Made by a program: the position numbers and the translations under genes
Shown: piece after piece, positions 1 through 41,976 of the stretch
Numbering within the stretch: the stretch's first letter is position 1
Layout: every line of letters begins with the position of its first letter
Source: Haliotis rufescens
Taxonomy: Eukaryota
NCBI RefSeq assembly: GCF_023055435.1
Contig: NW_025964223.1
Span: forward strand, 37,758,001 to 37,822,000
Length of the DNA: 64,000 nt
Reading direction: 5' to 3'
The notes under the pieces: generated by a model
What the model saw: the letters and a program-made list of their open reading frames with translations, nothing else
What the model was told of the DNA's origin: nothing
The model's database searches: none

Positions 1-550
1 TGAGTTTCGACCTTCACTGGACTGTGAAGTCCAGTGTGTCATGGGTGTTTCACCCGACTGTATAGACGCCATTTGCAACTCTATCAATAATATCCGTTTT
101 GATCTTGTAAAATTTACGTAGTGTGAAGCACAATTTTTATCGACTTGTCGGATTCCCCCGTGTCATCGGAGCCATAGACGGGCACTTGTTACAATCGCCC
201 TAAGATTGCTTTGTGGAACAGGCATTAACTTTAGCTAAGACGATTTTAAAATCAACGTAAGTCTCTAAGATTGATTGTAGTTACGATCGCTTTGTGGATC
301 GGGACCCTGATGATACAACCTTTTTGGGAATATCGTCAGAAACGTGAGATAAGGTATATACATGTAAACCAGCCAGTTGAAGCTGAAGGTGAGAGTTAAC
401 GTGTTGTGAAGAGCTCCAAATAAAGCAGTGTGGACCCTCAGACACACTTCTCATTGCCGAAGTATCCAGTAGAGCACAAACAGCTGAGATGTGTAGTGAG
501 TGTGTCTAGGTGATGAAAGGAGCTGTAAGAGTGATGTTGGTTGCTTTCAG

Positions 551-29534
<28,984 letters not shown>

Positions 29535-32330
29535 TGTATGGAAGGGCATCTCATCTAAGTGCTTTAAAGTGGTGCATGACGTGGATACTTCGCTCAAAAT
29601 ACTGCCATAATGTACGCCCAACTGTTACCATGGTTACCGTGTGGTATTACTCATATGTGTTTGTGTGTGAAGATGTTCCTGAGTGGATGTTTGCGTGAAC
29701 CTGAATCAGAAGTTTCCTGTGAAAACCAGAGTGTTAATATTATGCAAATGTGTGAAATCTTTACCAAGCATTTATTTCTCATCACTTTTTCAGTTCGCAA
29801 AGAGAATCATAACACATTGCTACAACATGTATAGTGCAAGCCTTCAGATGGCAAGTACGAGCTTATTGGAATCAAAATCTGAAAACATCACACTGTGAAA
29901 TAATTCTACCCGGTTAGTTGACAATTGTAGCATTCAGACTCTGCCAACTTAAGGTGAATCTGTAGACAAATGTCTGTGATTAATATGTGTGGTTTGCAAG
30001 TCAACTGCAGTATCACTTTTGCTCAATGAAACCATTTTTGCTAATGCCAATGAATTAGACTTCTAATTTTCTATCAGTCTTGTGATATGATTGCTTACAG
30101 CTACATTGTAGGATAAAGAAGGAAAGTTCATCCTCATCATATATTTCATTGTATGTTTCATCATTGATTGTCATCAGCTGATCACAGAGAGTGATGGTGT
30201 TGAGACAGTGGCAGCATATGGAGTCATTTCTCCTCCTCAGGAAATAGTGCTTATGTGATGAACTGTATCATGTAAAACTTTGTTCATTTTCTTTGGATGA
30301 AACAGTTCAAAGTCGTGATTCATTTTGTTGTAAGAAAGATGAGGAATATTGGTGTGCCAGTCATGGAGAAACATGGTATCAAAGTTAATTATAGAAAAAC
30401 AGTAAAATGTTGAATTTCTCAAATTCATATTGTCTCAGTACATGTAAACAAGTGTGGTTTCCAGTACCCAACTGAACCATTTTCTGCCTATGTTGCTTTG
30501 CTGTTGATGAACAGTTTAATAACAGTGAAACTGTGTAAGTCTGGACGGTGTCCTTTCAGGTCAAATAGCCTGGATTAACAAATGTCTGCATTTACAAACC
30601 AACGGTGAGTAGTAATGTTCCTTCCAAAACATGGACATTGAGAAAAATAGTAGTCTAGAACACAGGGTTTCCGGAGTATTGAGGTTTCACTGTACAGAAG
30701 CATGTTGTTTATCCGTACACCTCTGGTTTGAAAACTATGTTCATGTGATTGAATGCAGGGCTATCTGACACTAGGTAGCTGAGGCTGTGAAAAATGGCCG
30801 GCTGACCGTCAACATTGTCAGTGAATGTGTTTGTGTGGGAGGCCGAAGCATGGGCTCAAACTAACAACCTGACACTTGCTGCACCCAGATGACCAGCTGC
30901 ATGTATGTAGGCATTTCATCATTGACAGTTATGTCTGACTTGACAGAAATCAGGAAACCCATGTTTATTTGTTAATATTTCTTATTTCCAGTGGATGTTG
31001 TTGAAAATCTCTGCCATATATCTAGTGTGTCGAGAAAAGAGGAATAACTGTAGATTAAAGAAATACCAATTTCATTCTCAAATTTAGATTGAGGTTTATT
31101 TGAACATTTCTGTCCATATTTCAAGTAAAGGATAACACTGTAAACCCAAGGGAAGGTATTTATCTGTTTGTATTATAGCGTGACTACCGTATTGTTTCTC
31201 TATAAGGTATCCTGATGGTTCTTATTCTTTCTGGTATTTCTTGCATTTCGACAGTTCATAAGTTATTTAAAACTATCTTCTCGGTTTTGGTTGAACATGT
31301 AAAACCTCTAGTTTGGGCTTTTCCCTTGCTCGCAGTTTTACATTTTCAACCCAAGTGTTTTAACTATAGGTTAGAAACTGACAGAAACATCTGGAACAAC
31401 ATTTATCCCCAAGTTTTTGTTTCCAAAACACTTTCCATGAACCTTGGGAAACAAACCTAATATGTATCTTCCTGGCGTACTTGTATTTGAAAAAGAGATT
31501 CTTAAAAGCATTATTATTCTACAGATTTATCAATGCCTCTGTAGTTAGTGGTTCACTCACTAGGCTACAAGTATGAAGCTTGCAAATTTGATCCCACTGA
31601 AATATAAGTAAAATATGTTGTTTGATTTTACATTTTGCACATTTCCTTAAATTACATTGTAGTGTGTCCTGCAGATTTTGTTCAATTGCAAAAGAAATCT
31701 CTAGGGACAGGGACTTCTGTAGAATAACCATGGGACTGTGATATTCTACAAAAAGTCCCTGCTAAGAGGTTATTCTATGAAAAAAAGGAGGATAACATCA
31801 CAAGAGGTTTATAAGGCCATGTCAATACATCTTTGGCATTTGCCATATTTATTTTGAAAAAAGATTTCCAAACATTACATCATATGAACATGTTGGAACC
31901 ACACTTGTTGACCCCTCTTCAGTGTGGTTAAGAAGTGAATATATGGCTTAGGTAGCAATACATGTGTACATGCCCTCACAATACTCCTGGTTATGTGGAA
32001 CTAACTTGACTGTTACTGACATTACATAAGATAGGATTATTCTGACCACGAGTCTGTCCGAGGTAGCTAGCTGTCTTGCTTCTAGCTACTTTCATTACTT
32101 TCCAAGTTTACCAGTATTTGTTCAATATATAATTGTATATAACACTGACTTGGTCAAAAGGAGAAATCTAGTCTTAGAATTCTTTGATATTATACTTGTA
32201 TGATGGAGTTTCGTGATACAGAAGTTATTTGTACATTTACAGACTAGTTGGCATAGTGCATTAATGCATAGGGATAACTGGAATCAGTTTTATATAATCA
32301 AGGGTTATGAAATGAAATGTCAATGTGATT

Positions 32331-32650
32331 TACGGAAGCCTTTTAGGGCCACTTGTTTTTATGTTGTTTTTTTCTTGAAATTTCAAGTTAGTATCGTGAA
32401 GTTTCAACATAGCTTCTTGCAATTTCAACAAAGCATCTTGAAATTCTAAGTTGAAATTTCAAGATACATATATTGAAATTTATAGTTTTAAAATGTCAAC
32501 TTATTATCTTGAATTTCAAGATCATTATCTTGTAACTTCAACTTGGTATGTATTTAAAGTTTCAACTTAGTTATCTTGAAATTTCAACTCAATATATTGA
32601 AATTTCAATAAAATGTTAAAAAAAATTAAATGGCTCTAAAAGGCTTTCGT
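32331..32650. mobile_element. MITE
   Basis: TIR acggaagccttttagggcca / tggctctaaaaggctttcgt; internal ttgaaatttcaa repeats. Confidence 0.6.
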
Positions 32651-33434
32651 GGTGGTAAGCAAATTTAAGAAAATATTTGTTGGATGGATGGAATGAGTGG
32701 CATTTATCATGCATGCAAGTCAAATAAGCTATGCCATATTTCCTCAAAATGAATTATAAATATTGGATATTAGTAATTTATACAGTTCTTGACAACAGCT
32801 GTATCTCTGACATGTCCTTTTTCCAAAGTAAAAGATTACATTAATGAATACAAGAATTATTGATTTGTACAATTATGTTACAGTATTTACTGTTTGCTGA
32901 CTAGTTATTTCAACCATACAACAGTGAACAACGATGTATTCATCTCAGCCTTTTTAACATGCTCTACACCAAGTTGTCCTATGTCAGTATTTTGTTGCAT
33001 ATCACTTGGAGTCATGCTATTTTCCTCTTGACTGTCAATCATGGACAGAAAACACTGATGTCTGTAAGTTACTATCATGTGGGGTGTGTACGAGGGCTAA
33101 TAATGAGTAATGAGGGCAACGATGGGTCTTTCATACATCAAAATATCCTTATTGAGAGCTTTGGGTGTAATTTCTACACTATCAAACAGTTATTCCAGTG
33201 TGTTGGACTGTTCGACTTAGACTTTGCGAGATTTGAATGTAGCAAGATTATTTTCTGTTTAAGATGTAGCTATTTCTTCAACAGGGATAGGCCGCTGTTT
33301 TTTTAAAGCAAACCTGATTTTGGAAAGTGGAGAATTTGTTTTTATTGAAATATTCTCCTAAAAAAGCTTTTCCTTCTGATTAATTGGTTTGACACATCTG
33401 TCATTATGGTATATACCTCCTTCAGGAGGTTGTC

Positions 33435-33608
33435 GGGACGGTTGGGTAGCCTAGTGGTTAAAGCGTTCACTCGTCATGCCAAGGAGCCGGGTTTGATTCC
33501 CCACATAGGTACAATGTATGAAGCCCACTGTTGGTGTCCCCCGCCGTGATATTGCTGGAATATTGCTAAAAGCGGCATAAAACCATACTCACTCACTTAC
33601 CCACTCAC
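33435..33608 (+). mobile_element. Short tRNA-derived SINE with (CACT)n-like tail; relatives at ~57980-58142 and ~62438-62580
   Basis: A box tagcctagtgg, B box ggtttgattcc, shared 3' end gctggaatattgctaaaagcggc. Confidence 0.75.
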
Positions 33609-33949
33609 AAGGAGGTGGTCAGATTTTGAGGCATGATTACCTCTACAGGCATGAAAGTTTGTGTTTGCATGTATCGTTACAAATCCTACCACATGAAATG
33701 TTGGTAATGTTTATCAAAGGTCAAGGTCATCTTTAAGGTTATAAAACATGCCACTATCATCGCATAGTTACTGTTTCACGTTTAATTGTACAATCCTGAA
33801 ATTAGATAATTGTTGGATAATTGTCTTTATTGAGGTCAAGGTCTGAAAGTCATGTTTCTTGACAGGAAGTACATGGCACGATGCCATTTGTGAGCGTTAC
33901 GGAAATGGCAGTGAAGGGGGCGAAAACCGCATTGTCAGTGGTTCATATT

Positions 33950-35256
33950 GGGAAAGGGAGGTCACTCTAATTTCAAACGGGAGCTATCTCTGGTGTTTTC
34001 GTATTTGTACGTTGTTGGTCCAGCTATTAAATGCCCAGCTTATCCCTAAGGTAAAATGTATTCTTAATTAAATGTTTGAATGCATTATATATCTATGTTT
34101 CTAAGATTGGTTTAGTGCTGATAACCATTTTCTAAAATGTGGGCCCACATTTTTCCCGTCATCTATGGTGATCGAAACAAGTGGGCCAACATTTGTATTT
34201 CGCCTAGCTTCGTTAGGTTGTTTCGTTAGTTCTGATAATCAATTCCTAAATGTGGGCAGAAGTTCTTCCGTCATATTGATTACAACAGGAGGGACCATGT
34301 TTATTAATCGCGAAATTCGACTTAAATATTGATAATAAATTTTTCAAATGTGGGCCCACATTGTTCCTGTCATATATGGTGATCGAAACAAGTGGGCCCA
34401 CATTTGTATATCGCCTAGTGGGTAGACGTTCTTCCGTCATAGTGATTGCAACAGGAGGGACCAAATTAAAAAATCGCTAAGCTTCATAAGCTTGGCTTAC
34501 TTATGACCATTTTCTATAATGTGGGCCCACATTGTTCCCATCTTATTGTGATCAAAACAGGTGGGCCCACATTTGTAAATCGCTGGGTTTCATTGGGTTG
34601 ACAAAGTCATTTAGGCTAGTGGGCTCACATTTGTCATTACTTTGCATGGGTATGTGACATTATATATTATTCTTATTTTGCAATATTGATGGGAAATATC
34701 TTTATAAATCATTTCGTGTGTCGTTAATTCCACGAAAGGCACAAAAGTCTTTGAAGTTTGAATAACGTCATCATAGCTGACCACACTAGTTTTACAAAAA
34801 TAGCTACAAAGCAAGAAACTTAGATCAACTTCAAGTTAAATTTACAGAGGCAATACCACTCATTCTACTTTTTCCAGTATAACACATCAATCTAATCATA
34901 AGTGTTGGTGGCGATATAAGCCTGAAAATATGTCTACATTTGAATTGAACTCGGACATGATACAAGCCTGAAACGCTTCCGAGAACTTGTTCCATTAAAG
35001 GAATAACTCATGAATATTAATGACCCCACGACCTAGTTTGGCGATGTTCGTAGAAGTGAGTTCTGCTGTATTGCCATCGCATTAGTACATTTTAATCCAA
35101 TTATAAGTCATAATACTTATTTTAAATAGACAAAATAGCAGTTCGTAATGCGGGTTTGTTTACGTAGTACATATTCTCAACAACAAGTGCGTTTAGTTTC
35201 AAATGTGGGCCCACCTCGAACTTTCGATTAGGCAAACGGAGTTAGCTCCCTTCTCA
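33950..35256. mobile_element. Putative non-autonomous TIR element with internal GTGGGCCCAC repeats
   Basis: Imperfect TIR aagggaggtcactc / gagttagctccctt; about 8 gtgggcccac-like motifs. Confidence 0.45.
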
Positions 35257-35776
35257 AACCACCGATAATGCAGTTTCGCCGTTTAGGGGCTGCTCCTGTT
35301 TTTTTGCAAATACTTGCAAACACCCCTGTCTATCAATGTCTTAATGAAGACACCATTTTTCTAAAACAAGCTCACGATTATTCAGTTTCATTTTCCACAA
35401 CAATAAATCACTTGATGAATTCTTCAACCCCACCTAACAATTGTCTTAGTACTTATTGCTCTTACCCTAAATGGTGAATGAAAAGTGCTGTTCACTTGAT
35501 TGGACACATAAGATATTTTGGTTAACAAATGCTGCTGTTTCTTCTTCTCTTCCTAACCTATATTTGTTATTCAATATTTTATGTTTAAGTTTCTTGTTTA
35601 AAAAGAAATGATTGTCTTATGTTAGTCACTGAATGCATCAAACACCAGCATACTTCCAGAATAGAAGACGCAGTTGGTTCAAACAAAATAGTTCAAAGGA
35701 AATCACTTGGTAATATGTGTGAATGTATACCAGTTTATTGAGTGATTTTATGTTGCAACTTTTATTTCCGAGACAT

Positions 35777-35818
35777 AATGATGAAGACGATTATGATGAA
35801 GACGATGATCATGAAGAC

Positions 35819-35854
<36 letters not shown>
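35777..35854. repeat. (GAT)n microsatellite
   Basis: Directly visible. Confidence 0.9.
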
Positions 35855-35881
35855 CCAGGTTACTGCAGCCATGTCGGAGCA

Positions 35882-36712
35882 CCTTTAGAATACAGTACCA
35901 CAACTTCTCGTGAGGACGATCTCTGCCGTAGGTCATGTGTCTCAAAGACAAGCAACCAGTTTTTGTGAGAATCGTGACCTTGCGACCTTCAGATTGTTAG
36001 CCTGACAGCTAAGTGACTGATCTACGTCCAGACTGTGAAACCATGTGCAAATTTACCTAGTCATGCCTATGACATTACGGAACTGAACGAAAAGGGTCGA
36101 ATAGGTGACGGACACTTGCGAAGGTTGTTGGTAAACATGGCATTTCGTGACTAGTCTGCGGACACTTACATGTGATCCCAATGCCATTTTGTGCACTCAT
36201 CCCATTCCGTAATCTACAAGATACTGAGTGATGAGGCAAGAGCTGCGAACTCAAAACGGCTCCAGGTGTCAGATGTTGAACTCGCAGGTACGCATTTGGT
36301 ACATTTGGATGTGTTCAGCGCAAATATATTAATATACCTAATACACTGCATTCCTGTGCATAATAATGAAAAATCATTAATTGAAGAAAACATATATATG
36401 TATATTAGTTCCCATGTAGCCACTTGAATTTGGAAAAAAACAAAATGAAAAATGTATTTAAAATAAGTGATTTCATAAACTAGCGCTTGCTGTAAAATGC
36501 GCCACTGCAGGCAATGTTTAGTAAACAAATATTAAAAACTCTCAACATCGCTGGGCTTATTCAGTTATATTGCATGTAGAGATGATAGATCATTGAGAGG
36601 AGCTTATGCACACTCGATGACCCCTGAGGTGTGACTGACAACAAAATACTACAAATTTCGTCATAGGGTATTGTGATGTGTTTGAAAAGTTTGTGGTACT
36701 GTATTCTACAGG
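35882..36712. mobile_element. Putative TIR element
   Basis: cctttagaatacagtaccacaac is inverted as gtttgtggtactgtattctacagg. Confidence 0.5.
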
Positions 36713-39295
36713 TAGGCCACCACGTCTAATATAGATGGTGCACAGATCCTTACTAGGGTGGAAACTAACTTGCAATATTCATACACCTTGTGGTCTTAGC
36801 AGTTTTTATCTGTGGTCTTTTTGTAACATATGAGCAAAATAAATATGTTTCAAAACTCTTCTTTTACCAATGCTTGAGAGACATGTGACTGTTGACATGT
36901 ATAGTTGCATGAATAGATCTTATCAAGACATACACTACACTGTTCATTCCTGTGTATGTGTGGAGAAGCATGTGTACTGAATCGTTAGATTTTGTTCTTT
37001 GGGAAATTCCATTTTTTATTTGGCTGTGCAATATGAAATTGGACTAGTTCCATTGTCCTCTGAAGCAGACCCAGAGGTATGAGACTTAATCCGAGATGTA
37101 CCAATGTGTCTGATACAACCTCCATTGTCAACTCAGAAGTTACACATACAAGTACAGATGAACATGAAAGACAGTATAGACAGGCCAGATTAAGACAGAT
37201 AGTAGTTCTTCCCAATGTGCGGACAAAGTTGCTAGAGAACTGGTAAACATGTAACGTCTTTAACCGAAAGAAGCTTTTTTGACCCCAATTAAGATTGATC
37301 AATGTGCCCTTGTGGCAACTGATGAGAAGACATGAACCCACACTGTATGATTGAGTGTTGACAATGTGATCCCACTTACAAGCGAGACCTGGTTATTAAG
37401 ACATCATTACTTAAATGTTTGTTAGATGTGAAGTGGATTGTTTCTTCTCAAACTACCGGGACTTCCTGTATTTAGGTCCAAGTGTAATTATGCTCATGGA
37501 CCCACAAACGGAAATATTTCCGTATATAGGCCCATGGACTTGAATTCAGATATTATTTTTGAGCGATCTTCTGTAAGTTAATAACTTACTCCCTTTGAAA
37601 GTTGATATGTGGCCATGCACTACTCGAGGCAAATCCTAATGTACATTTAACAGTAAGTTTGGTTCAAAGTTAACTTCATGTTTTATATTTTCTCAGTTGA
37701 AACAACTGAAATAATCTTCCGAAATTCAGTCCTGGGCTTAATTTCAGTTAAAATATTCATACAGGAAGTCCTGGCAACACCCACAGGGAATATCTAGGTA
37801 ACAACCTTTGTGACAGAGGTATAGATTTCGATAATACGGGTGAAATAAAGATTGTGATCTTGTTTTGACACTCATTTAAGACTAATAAAAACCCTGACTA
37901 TTTAATACTGGTTAAACAGAGTTGTAGTGTGTATCTTCAAGATGGGGCCCCCATTTCACAAAGCAATTGTAACTTGACGACTGTTGGAATGTTTGAAGGT
38001 TATGACAGCACACAAGTTATGCCGGCTGTAGTGCTATTATCACAGTGTTAATTGTGGCCCTTGTCCCTCCATCAATGGTTTCAGTGTGCAGGTTTCAAGT
38101 TTGCAGCTTTGTAGCCTGATAATGGAACATGTTAATCTGGTTTGAAGACGTGTATGTTTTTGTCCATGATTTCATCGTGAAGCATGTTTAGTGCAAAGCA
38201 TAATCACAGGTTGCCTCCAATATTATCATGAAATGGGTGCTACACTACAGTTGCATTTGCATAAATAATTACCATATTAAAATAATACTAAATGTTATTG
38301 TAAATTAAGATGTATTATTTATTTGAAACATAAGTCCATGTAGTTATGTACAGATATCTGACAGTTGTATAAGGTGTATGTCGATTACATGACTTGTCAA
38401 GTTGATCTCTGTGCAAGTGATGTGTATTGCTGTCAATCAATCATCCCAGGTGTTTGTCGACACACAGCTATCAGCTGGCCTTGTCCTTTCTTGCCTGGAT
38501 GCTGAATGCTGTTTTGAAAGATTGTCATGTTATGATTTAAGGTTGAAATCTTCATGTATTCAGGTATGTGTAATATATACTTGTTATGTACCTTGGTACA
38601 TTCCTCATCATCTTTGAATAAAAGCCAAGTTTTCTTAACTGTGTCTCATGTTTTATTTAACTGTTAGAATGGTAAATGAACAGCTTCAAATGTTTGGGTA
38701 AATCCTGATAAAGGTACCAACTTCTGTGAGATTGAGATCTACATATCACAGGGTATAATATTTTCGAAAACTCTGAACAGAGAAACTGAGTATTCATGAT
38801 GTTTTTTATACAGAATTTCTAATATAGAGAAACGCACTGTTGTCCAATTCCCTGAAATCTGTAAAACATCTTGACGGAATGCGGATAAACAGAGGCCTTT
38901 CTCACCAGAAAGCATGGTACTCGCTCCATACCCCAAGGGAGCTAAAAAATACTCACCACTAATGAGAAGAAACAATAAAGCGCTATTAAAAAATCTTATT
39001 ACCATAACTGACTGACTACCGTTACACTCTCCCCGAAATTAGTATTAACCTAATTTACATTAAACAGTGAGAAATACTGATGTGGTATAAATATAAACAC
39101 AATGGTTTGGCTAACAATACAGTATTGCAAGTGTCATACCCTGACAATGAACAAAGGTCAATGCTTTTTGGCAAAATAAAACATAAAATCATACAAAAAA
39201 TAAAACATGAAAATACAAATCATTGTGACAAAGTTTATAGTTCGGATCGGATTCGGAATCATCACTCATAAAGTTCAATGAACCCGAAAATGAAT

Positions 39296-41976
39296 TTAGC
39301 ACAGTTCGGAACACCATACTGCAAATGAATTTACACACATTTGAACACAGTTCTCTTTTTCTAAGAGAAGCACAAGGTTGTGAACTGGTCTCACAAAGTT
39401 TGATTCACCACAGTCTACTTTCACAGTTCTGACTAGACCATCTTCACTAAGGTACACTTCTGAGATGCGTCCAAGTTTCCAATGATTCCTTGGAATATTG
39501 TCGTCCTTGATTATCACGATGTCGTTTACAGAAAGATTTCTACATGGGGCAGTCCACTTCTGCCGCAACTGAAGACTTTGCAGATACTCTTTCCTCCAAC
39601 GACTCCAGAATTCATTAGCAATGTATTGAACTCTGCGCCATCGCTTCCTGGAATACATGTCCTCCTTAATGAATGTTCCAGGTGGCGGAAGGATTACCTT
39701 AGACTTCAAGGTAAGAAGGTTATTTGGTGTCAGAGGTTCTGGAGAGGACGGATCGCACAGAGTGTCAACAGTTAAGGGTCTGCTGTTTACAATGGCAGCA
39801 GTTTCACACATCACAGTACGGAGGGATTCATCATCCAACTGTGATCCAAAGTCATGAAGTAAAGCAGATATGACATTTCTTGCAGGTCTTATCTGCCTCT
39901 CCCAGACACCACCCATATGGCTTGCACATGGTGGGTTAAACTTGAACTCAAAGAAATCACAGTCTCTCTGCAATAGGAATTGTCTCACTTTTCTTTGATC
40001 AAGATTTGTTAGAACACCAAACAGTTCGTTCTTTGCCCCTACAAAGTTGGTACCTTGATCGCATCGTAGTTGATGGATCGGACCACGCACTGACATAAAG
40101 CGTCTTGCGTTGATAAATGAGTCTGTACTCATTGACACAACAATCTCTTTGTGTATTGCTCGGAAACACAGGCATGTGAACAGAACACCGAATCGCTTTA
40201 ACTCCTTTATCCCTTCCTTTATATAAAAGGGTCCGAAACAGTCTACTGCACAGAATGAAAATGGAGGAGCTTCTTCTGTCCTATCAATGGGAATATTTGA
40301 CATCTTCTGGACTTGAGCCTTGCTCCTGAGTTTCCAACACGAAACACATTTTAAAATGTAGTTGGACACACCTGAGCTACAGCCTATGATCCAGTATCCA
40401 CTTAATCTGATCTGATTGAGTGTTAGACCTTTTCCCTGATGATGAACTTGTTCATGGCAATGGCGGATAACAAGTGTTGTTATGTGGTGCTTCTTTGGCA
40501 AGATAACAGGCTATGTACACATGAAATCTGTGAGAGTCATTTGAGATGTAACCCAACACTATTCGACTGTCAGTCCAGTAGAAGTTTTGCACTTCGCCGA
40601 GATCTAATTCATGAGTTAGGAATTGTCCAACTTTGACTGATGTAAGTGCAGCGGTCAGTTCCAATCTTGGAACGGTGACAGATTTGATTGGCGCAACCCG
40701 TGCCTTACCCATTATCAGAGAACAATGTACCTGTTCATGTTCATTCATTAATCGGAGGTAGGAGCACTGTCCATAACCGCTCATACTTGCGTCAGAGAAG
40801 TGATGCAATTCTGTTGCAAGAACATTCCCAAAGTCATGTGGTTTCACACATCTTGGAATTCTCAAATCATGAAGTGATTTCAAGTCTGTTTTCCAAGCAT
40901 TCCATGCCTTGAGGATACCATCAGATACCGGAGTGTCCCAATCATACTGATCCTTACACAACTCCTGAAGAATCGCTTTACCTCGGAGAATAACTGGGGC
41001 TAGTAGTCCAATTGGATCAAAGATGGAACTAACCATTGACAATATTGTGCGTCTTGTGACAACTTTGTCCTGGTGACTGTCAAGTTGTATCTGAAACATG
41101 AAACAGTCCGATTCTGCACACCACTGTACGCCTAAAGCTCTTTCTGTTGGCAAGGCGTCACAATCAATCTCAATGTCCTGAACACCAATTACATGATCCT
41201 CAGGCGGTATAGCTGACATTACCTCCTTAGAGTTGGAGATGAACTTATGCAAATGATGGCCTTTCATTGCACATACACTCCTGCTTTCATTAATGAGTGT
41301 CACTGCATCACAGGGTGTAGGAACAGAACACAATCCGCCGTCGACATAGAAGTCGTTCTTGATGAACTGTGCTGTGGCTGAACTTATGTCTGTCACATGG
41401 TCTGTCACTGTTTGCTTTAGTGCAAAGTTGGCACAGCCTGGGCTTGACACAACGCCAAAAAGATGCACTTTCATTCGGAATTCGACAACTTGATCCTCAG
41501 CGTTCCCATTTCTCCACCAAAGGAACTTTAGATAGTCCCTGTGTTCCTTGTTAGCAAAGAACTGGTGAAACATTTGTTTCACATCACACATCAACGCAAC
41601 AGATTCAAGCCTAAATCTGCAGAGCATGCCTAACAGATTATTGGTTAAGTCAGGTCCTTTCAGGAGACAGTCATTTAAGCACTTGCCATTATATCTGGCA
41701 CTACAGTCGAAAACGACTTCGTATTTTATTTGGCTTCTTAGGGTGATATACTCAATGGTGCGGAATATACCATCTGTTACATGCATGTAGTTCACCTACA
41801 GGAACTTCCTCTGTATGTCCACCTTTAATCATGGCATTTATAAAGGCGGAGTAGTCAGTGTGGAACTTTGGATTTCTACGGAAACGTGATTTTAGTCCAT
41901 CAAGTCTCTGAAATGCCATTCTCTTGTTATCTGGAATCTCTGGGAGTTCCAGCCTTGAATGGAAGTGGCATTTCAT
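39296..41976 (-). pseudogene. BEL RT/RNase H/integrase (frameshifted; YVDG instead of YVDD)
   Basis: WYIPHH, VVFDCSA, HLFG..SPGCA, PRLELTAA, VDCFGP, CDQGTNF, GGVWER, FWSRWRKEYL. Confidence 0.9.

Noticed and set aside
35723-35968. Poly-Asp / poly-His ORFs
   Set aside because: Artefact of the (GAT)n microsatellite.
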